Position numbers and translations under genes: made by a program
Shown here: piece by piece, positions 56,733 through 64,000 of the stretch
Layout: each line of letters starts with the position of its first letter
Numbering within the stretch: the first letter of the stretch is position 1
The notes under the pieces: model-generated
The model's database searches: none
What the model was told of the DNA's origin: nothing
What the model saw: only the letters and a program-made list of their open reading frames with translations
From: Epithemia pelagica
Lineage: Eukaryota > Protista > Bacillariophyta
DNA length: 64,000 bases
Assembly: GCA_946965045.2 (NCBI GenBank)
Contig: OX337230.1
Coordinates: 744,001-808,000 of the forward strand
Direction: 5' to 3'

Positions 56733-59700
56733 CTACCATCCACACAGTAGCTTCCGAATTGTTTCAAATGTATCTTTCGTCAGACCCTTTGTCATGATGT
56801 CTGCACGTTGTTTCGATGTCTCGATCTTTTCAACCGTGACTCGATTCGGCTTTAAGTGCGATCGAAACCAGTGCATTCGAATCGCATAGAACTTTGATCT
56901 TGGTGTGAACCTGCCCGGCTCCATGTTCGCGAGCGTCAGGGCACCATTGTTATCTTCCCACACTGTGGTCTTGAATTTTGTGCTCTGATCTTCTGTCATG
57001 CCGACACCTCGTGCCACAGTTTTCAGAAGTTCCAGAAGAGGCAACACAGATTTCATCGCCACACTGAGCGCTGTGTATTCCGCCTCCATTGTTGATGTTG
57101 CAATATCCGATTGCAACTTGCTTTGCCAAATGACTGGATAGTTTGCGATGCAAATGGCAAACCCAGTTCGGCTCTTGACACATGACGGATCCATCTTATC
57201 CTCATGTGGCCACAGACCCGCGAAGTCTGCATCAACGTAACAATCAACGTTGAGATTGTCGTAAGTTGGACGGAGGATGAGTCCTTTCTCCATTGTCCCT
57301 TTCAAGTATTGTCCGATCCTTTCTAACGCTTCTTCGTGTGTTGTCTTAGGATCATGGGTGTATCGTGCACATTGACTGACGGCATATGTGATGTCGGGTC
57401 TTGAATGTGCTTGCAAGTATTGCAGCATTCCAATGACACTTGGATAGCTGAATTTGCACTGTGCTGGAGTCCCATTTTTGTTTGCCACCAGAGGATCCTT
57501 CGATGCTGGTGTCCGTTTCATGGGTTTGTCTCCAATGTGAAGTGCCTCCACAATTCGCTTGATCAGGCCCTTCTGCGTCAACGTGATAGTACCATCACTA
57601 TCGTTGCGTTCAATGTGTACGCCGAGAAATCCGGCTACACTGTCTTCGATCTCGAGTGTCACATTCTGTTGATTCTGGAGTTTCCCAAGAAACTCATCAA
57701 TCCACTCGCGTTTGGGGCTGTAAATCAATGTGTCGTCCACATAGACCAGCACGATTATTTTGTCGGACATGAACAGACACGGGTCAATGTGTTCCTGCGA
57801 CTTGAGTCCGACTTGTTCCAATTTGCTTTTCAGATGAAGGAAGAAGTTGCGTGGTGCCTGCTTTAGGCCATACAACGATCAAGTAAGTTTCAAAACTTTC
57901 CCTGGTTGTGCAAACCCTCTCGGCATCTCAACATACACGCCACTTTTCTTTTGTTCTTCTTCTGTCATCTTGTCCCAATTGGGATCCTTGTCAATCGGCG
58001 CATGTACAAATACTGCCGTGTAATCAACTTGTACCGTGGACAGATTCAAAATGATGGAAAGAATCATCATCAGGCGCACAGTCGTCCAATTCACAACGGG
58101 TGCAAACGTGTCGAAGAAATCGACTCCTTCGACTTGTTTGTCCCCCCGTGCACAAAACCGTGCTTTCAATTTGCGTACGGATCCATCGGGATACCGTTTG
58201 CACTTGAACGCCCACGTGCCAGGTAAGACATTCATCCATGTCTCTCTTGCCACGACTTCCCATGCTTTCATCTTCTCATGAAGCGTGTTGTATTCTTTCT
58301 TGCAAGCCTCCCAGTACCCTTCTTTGTCGGGACCGTTCATGGCTTGTTCCCATGAGGGATTGTCTGCAGCATCGGCTTTGGTTGCCAATGCCATAGGATG
58401 CATCTCTTCAATCCAGCGTGTGTCCGGATCTGTATGACGATCCAGCCACAGGTCCATTGCCAATAGGTCTTTGGATTTGGACGCGATTGCGCTGGTCAGA
58501 GTGTCCCAGGTAAGGGATTGGAGGAACTGTGCATTCAACAGCTCTCGTCTCACTTTTTGCTTTGGCCTTGTTGACCCACGAGGAAAGTAAGCAGTCGATG
58601 CCCACAATCGCTCATCGAACAAGTGACGATTGGGACGACGTTCTCTTTTGCCTCTTCCATGTGATTCTGGATCGGGTTCGGCAAAGTGCCTATTACGGCG
58701 TTCAATCTCTTCTTGTTTTGTCGTGCTGTCATCGTCTGAGTCGTCTTCAAAAACGATCTCATGTTCTTCCTCGTTGGCTTCTCCCTCTGGAGGCAACAAT
58801 TCACCATTTGGAGCTCCCTCTGGAGGTAACAATCCACCTGTTGGATCTTGGCTTGGCAATTCACCGGGTTCTGGAGGTGGTTCTGGTCCTTGCCCTCGCT
58901 CTGTTGGCTGTTCCAGTGGAGGTTGGAATCGAACATGGTTCCTTACAGCTCGGTCTCTGTCTCTCCCCCCGTCAACAGACGTTGGAACAGGAACAATGGG
59001 TAAAGGTGGAGTGGGCAATGGACGAGGAGGACGTGACTGACGTCGGGCATGCCGTTCCGCAATCTCGGAATCGGTCATCCACTCGTCTCCAAGCTCCAAG
59101 TGACCATCATCATCGTCTTCGTCAGGCAGGTTAGATTCAGTGCCCGCCGCTAGCAGACGTTGCCAAAAATCACCGTTCAAATTTGGCTCATCTAAGAGCC
59201 CGCCAGAATCGGTATTAGGGACCGTAGAGAATAAATCATCGTAGACCACATGATACTGTGAGCTGATGAATCCCGAGCGAAGATTGAGTACACGACCAAC
59301 AGTAGTAGAATGGTTGGGCGAAATCCCAAGAAACTGACCACGTCGTGCCTTGGCTTGCCATTTAGGCAACTTCTTGCCATCTTGAAGTTTGGGGTCCAGG
59401 ACGTATACAGGACATCCCCATACGTGACTCCGCTGAAGGTGGTGAAAATCGGAGAATGTGATGCCAGAGAAGATTTCGAGTGGAGCGATGTTCGTCCGGC
59501 GATTCGGAAGGTGGTTCCAGAGCCAGACGGCGTGCTCAACGGCAAAGGGCCAAAGATGCAAATGCATTTGCTCGGGCCAGTGAATGGTCGCGTGTAGTAA
59601 CATAGTACGGGCCCAAGACATCGTGGTCTTTACTGCCCTTTCCGCGACTCCATTCTGGTGATGTGCCCCAACACCTGAGAAGCTGATACGTTGACCACTT

Positions 59701-62700
59701 CCGTGTACATGGTTCAGGAATTCTTCTCGGCCAAACGGCGCATTATCGGCGCGGTACTCTCGTATCTTGACACTGTATTCATCCGCGAACCGCTCAAACT
59801 TCTTCTTTGAACTGATCGTCTCACCAACTCGTAGGGACACTTGGTTCGCCAAGAAAATCATGCCAGAGGCATGGTCGACAAACAGAGTTCCCCCTCTATA
59901 CTGTTCTTTGGTCCTCTCTTTTCCATACGTGTGAGGAAGACGTCCACGAATCGTTGATTCGTATTGATCAATCGAAACACAATCTCCTGGTTGAAGGTGC
60001 TCCCTCTTGAGCATACTGTCTTTCCCATCCACCAATCCACCGTGATTCGAATGAGGCGTCCGGCGATGTTGCTTCCCGAGCATACAAGCTGCGCACAAAG
60101 GTATGACGCAACTTGTTGTCTTCGCTTCTTTTGTCTCCAGCACTAACCGTCGACTGGTTGCTTTTGGATCTCGACAGAGCGTCTGAATCCATTGCATGTT
60201 GGCATGGCCAAGCTTCCAGTGCCATAGCAAGAGCTCCCTTTGCGATGCCGTCAAGTTCTGGTTAGTCTCGTCGGCCACATTCATCAAGCCACTGTGATTT
60301 GCCGTGGACAAGGCCGACTTGACGGAATATCCATCACCCAGCATCGTTGCATCTTCGAAGGTAGGTCCCATTTGATTCACATTCCCTGTGAGCATAAAGG
60401 GAAGATTACTACCGGAGTTATACGGAAATTCTAACCATGTCCCATCCGGGATTTGCAACTGCGTTTTCTTGTGGTCGAGTACCAGTTTTCCAGCTTGCTG
60501 TTCTTGGAAGAACGTTTGCGGGCTGAACAAACGAATCGAGGCTTCTGGTACGTAGTATGCTTTCGTCTTGATCGTTCGAGCTACCCCCATAACATCTCTA
60601 ACCATCCATTGGACCGTGCCAAAACCTCGGACTGCTGTTGTTCCAGACAATCCATTCAACGATGAGATTTCGGCCGGTTGAATTGGTCCGACGAAGTCTT
60701 GGAGATTTGGCGTCAACGATTTGGACGCTCCGGAATCGATCACAATGGGAAGCACATCTTGTTCTCGTTGACTCATGTACACCGTCATGCGACGGGACAA
60801 TTCGCCAATAGTCTCACTATTCAAACCAGAACAATCAACCTGATTCAACGGGACAGTGACGGCTTGAAAACTTTTCAGTTGTCCAAAATTGGCTGCTGCA
60901 ACCATGCTTTGTCGCAACATCAGTTTCCAAGGGGTCTTTCGTCTTGTAAGGTCAGCTCCAAGCCACGCCCCATGACTCAACAATTTGATTGTCTGCCACT
61001 GACGAACTGGATCGACTTGTGGTAGCAAGGAATCGTCCTTCAGGGCCAAACTCCAAAGCGACAATCCACCAAAGATTTGGTCTCGAAGAGTCTTCGTCGT
61101 GTCGTTTGTCGCTCCCTCTGGAGACGACGTTCTCTGGTTGGTCCAGTTGTCCCAGTCGTCCGTGTTGTACCAAAGACAAGGACGGTTGTTTCGCCAGATC
61201 ACACGATGGACTCGACGTCTTGCTTTCATTTTGAGGCCATAGGAGCGTACCGATTGTCTCAAACGAGGTTTCGGCGGTCTTGGTGGAGTGCTCACAGCAT
61301 GAGCAGCTGTGGCTCCGGACTTGGAGTCTTGCTCGACCAAGCTCATGGCACAACAAAGGCCTGTGAACAAGGCGAGATACAGTAGGAATAACCACGGCAG
61401 ATAAAGCCAAAATAGGTCCCCCATCCCCCTCATGAGCGCACAGTCGAGTAAGGATGAGAAGATAGAGGTCGCCCAGGTTTCCCTCCTGGGACCATAGCGA
61501 TGATATGGGCGGCCTACACCAGATGGACCGTCCAAAGACGCCACCCAGCGGCCACCCCATCAGGAGAAATGCTCCACGAGACTGCGGAGCAACTGGTCGA
61601 CGGAGCGAGCCACGTTTGCGACTGCAGCATCGAGCTCAGCGCGATTGACAGTAGAACCAGCCACAGGACCAGTCGCTCCGGTGAGCGTGCTGGTAGTGCT
61701 GGCGCCGTCGGCTCGCGCGGCATGAGCACTCGCATCTTGGTTGGAAGAATGCGTCCGATCTGGAACCCAGCGATGTGTGCGATGGTTGTAGAACATATGT
61801 TTTCCATCAATCACGCGTCGATTTCGCTCGTCCGACTTTGGAGGCGCCCACTTTCCAGATGCACCACCTGCTCCAGAATTTGAGGAACTCGTCCCATTGG
61901 CTGCCTTCTTAGAACCAAACTTCTCTTTGTTCGCAGCAATCTTCTGTTCGTTGCGGGGTTCCGTGCACTTCGGTGCTGTATGTCCCGGCTTTCCACAATT
62001 CCAACAAATTGGTTGGGATTTGCCATTGCCCGAAGAGGCAGTATTGGCAGCTTTCTTGGCATCTTCTTGGGCATTGAACACGGAGTTCTTTCCCTTCGTT
62101 TTAGAACCGTGCCAGTCATTACTGCTGCATAATTCATTATACTTAGTTTCGGCTAAGCGAAGCAAAACATCAACTTCCAATCCACCAGTGTCATCAGGAT
62201 CACCTTGAAGTTTACCGATGTCCCGTGCCATTGTGTAAGTTTGCTCGATATAGCGGAAATAGGAGTTAAATTTGCCAACGGATGAAGTTTGCATGACCTT
62301 TAGCGCTTGCTGATTAAAACGCTCTGGAACTTTCTTGACCCATTTCAAGTTTCAAGCGCTTGTGTGCACCACGGATTAAACTTACAACACGAAGAACATT
62401 TTCACCTTGAAACTCATTGATCTTCAAATTCTTAACCAAGTCTTTCAAATGATCAATAGCGGCTTCCGAACTTGAAACTAGAATGTTCATCATAATGACG
62501 AAGAGCAGCGGACCCCCTTGTTGAATGGTAGGGTAAGTCTCAAACTGTTCGTAGCATTTTTCAAACAGACTTTGAGTCATGTTATTTTCCAGATGCTTGT
62601 AGGTCAGTACCAAATTCTCCCGGTACCAATCCTTCTTGGTCCAGCGGCGATACCATTCACAACTGGCTGCAACTTCATCGGGAGTAACTTCCTCATAATT

Positions 62701-63309
62701 TAAATATAGATCTACAGTACGAGACTCAATACTCCGGGATCCCTTCGACTTGGGGAACACAATTGTGAACACGTCATGCATATCGTAAACCATATGCGTG
62801 TCCTTGGTCTTGGAAATCATGATGGCAGTGTTATAACACTCATCCAACTTCTTTTCATCGGTCAAACTCATACTCGTGAAAGTATATTTCGTTTGCGATG
62901 TCTTCACGGCTTCCTTGAAGAGATCTTGTTTCTTCTCCGAGGACATCTTCTCCCTGTTCTCTTTCTAATGTAGAGGTCCTTGATCCGCGACACCATATCC
63001 CCTTGAACCTGGTTCCACCAGCTCAACTGCCAGTCCCCCAACCATGAATTGGGTATCTGTATCTAACGGGTAGTCATCGCTCTTTGAACTCTTATCCGAA
63101 TTGTTTTCATCGCTTGTTCTTCTTTGTCTTCTCTCATTAGGACCCTGAAGCGTTTCGTCGAGTGTTCAGAATCCAAAGTCGGATTCCCGATAGCCGGTTC
63201 CAGTCTGGTCTTCCGCTGAGGCGTCTTGATAGTCCTCATCGTCTCCCGTGTTAGCCGGTGCAGCACCTGAAGCGGGTGAAACATTTGCCGAGTCTTCTGC
63301 TCGCGCCAT
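56733..63309 (-). pseudogene. Copia gag-pol, with stops at 63166-63168, 61560-61562 and 57879-57881 and a 7-bp duplication frameshift at 62343-62356
   Basis: ORFs 62314-62946, 61560-62348, 57879-61544 and 56733-57875; VLKLT*SLYGLKQAP interrupts the RT core. Confidence 0.9.
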
Positions 63310-63398
63310 TGTTCTCACCTTCTCTCTGTCCTATCTTGCCAGAGCACTCACTTCCTTGACACCGTACGACCTTGGGAAACCTTCTACAGCGTAATACT

Positions 63399-63411
63399 TG
63401 GGCTCAGAACC
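63399..63411 (-). promoter_or_regulatory. Primer-binding site, half-tRNA(Met) type
   Basis: GGTTCTGAGCCCA immediately after the LTR's CA; complementary to a tRNA-Met anticodon arm (TGGGCTCATAACC) with one mismatch. Confidence 0.65.
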
Positions 63412-63648
63412 TGCGAGTAGTGGAAAAGAACGGCGGTCTCTTTCCCATGGAGCAATCCGTAAAAGGATACTTATTCTGATAATCACTATTATGTTAGTCC
63501 TAAATTCTCACTAAATTCACTTGGATCTTTTCTTCAATATCTTTTGGATGAGTCATTCCATCCATTCGTTCACATCTACGTCGCTCATCATTCGTGATTG
63601 ATGAGTCTTGTTGCCGAGTATAAGCTTGCTACCCCAGCTATACTCGCA
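63412..63648 (-). repeat. 5' LTR (237 bp)
   Basis: Perfect inverted termini TGCGAGTA...TACTCGCA. Confidence 0.92.
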
Positions 63649-64000
63649 AACAAGAAAAAACAAATGATTCCTCTCTAGAGATCGCGAAATAAAGATACGG
63701 GAACCGCTTCAAAGAACCTAGGCTTTCGAGCTTGTGGCGTGGTAAGTGGAACGAAACTGAATGTAAAAGATCCAAGGAAACACATGAATCTTTCGGCATT
63801 CAAGACATCGATCGGGGACTTTTACAGCTTCCGAATTTCTCCGTGTTCGCGACTTGTTTGTACATCCAAGCGCTGGAATAGGTCTACTACCAGGGAGTAT
63901 TGCAAATTGCAATCTTAGCACTATCCACAATGCTCTGCTTCATGGTAAAATTACCTCTAAGGAGTAATCTGACATTTCGATATCTCGTTGTTTGGACAGC

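Larger units (their letters stand above)
56633..63648 (-). mobile_element. Ty1/Copia LTR retrotransposon (diatom CoDi-like), near full length, decayed
   Basis: 5' LTR, PBS, gag (CWNCGKPGHTAPKC), protease (IDSGAS), integrase (SIDQ, RADN, NGVAER), RT (YVDD), RNase H, PPT and partial 3' LTR, in Copia order. Confidence 0.96.

Noticed and set aside
63649-64000. Possible gene fragment beyond the 5' LTR
   Set aside because: Multiple stops in all frames; too short to interpret.
1-64000. tRNA or rRNA genes
   Set aside because: The few GTTCGA motifs lack cloverleaf context; no rRNA-like stretches seen.

Overview
Eukaryotic nuclear DNA, most likely a pennate diatom. This is inferred from short GT-AG introns, bipartite 'ASG-FAP' plastid-targeting presequences, diatom-type Copia elements and a GDPH/VWD protein. 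Roughly a third of the window is transposable elements: (1) the 3' part of a tyrosine-recombinase retrotransposon with split direct repeats (1-3941); (2) an intron-containing piggyBac-like DNA transposon with ~260-bp TIRs and a TA target duplication (4076-9735); (3) a Copia 3' remnant whose LTR carries a nested MITE and abuts a host gene (15412-~17000); (4) a 5.6-kb Harbinger/PHIS-type element with ~625-bp TIRs, a CAG target duplication and four ORFs in two divergent pairs (40546-46118), the most unusual system here; (5) a decayed near-complete Copia (56633-63648). Host genes: acyl-CoA thioesterase, C2/DEP membrane protein, GDPH/VWD pseudogene, fasciclin protein, myosin with ~14 IQ motifs, CNOT1, CPBP/EF-hand protein, UDP-glucose dehydrogenase, sphingolipid delta-4 desaturase, MPBQ/MSBQ-type methyltransferase, SKI2 helicase, two DUF2256 genes and organellar bL21. 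One DUF2256 gene is apparently a chimera built on a duplicated promoter and presequence of the methyltransferase. All family assignments come from motif recognition by eye; no database searches were run.
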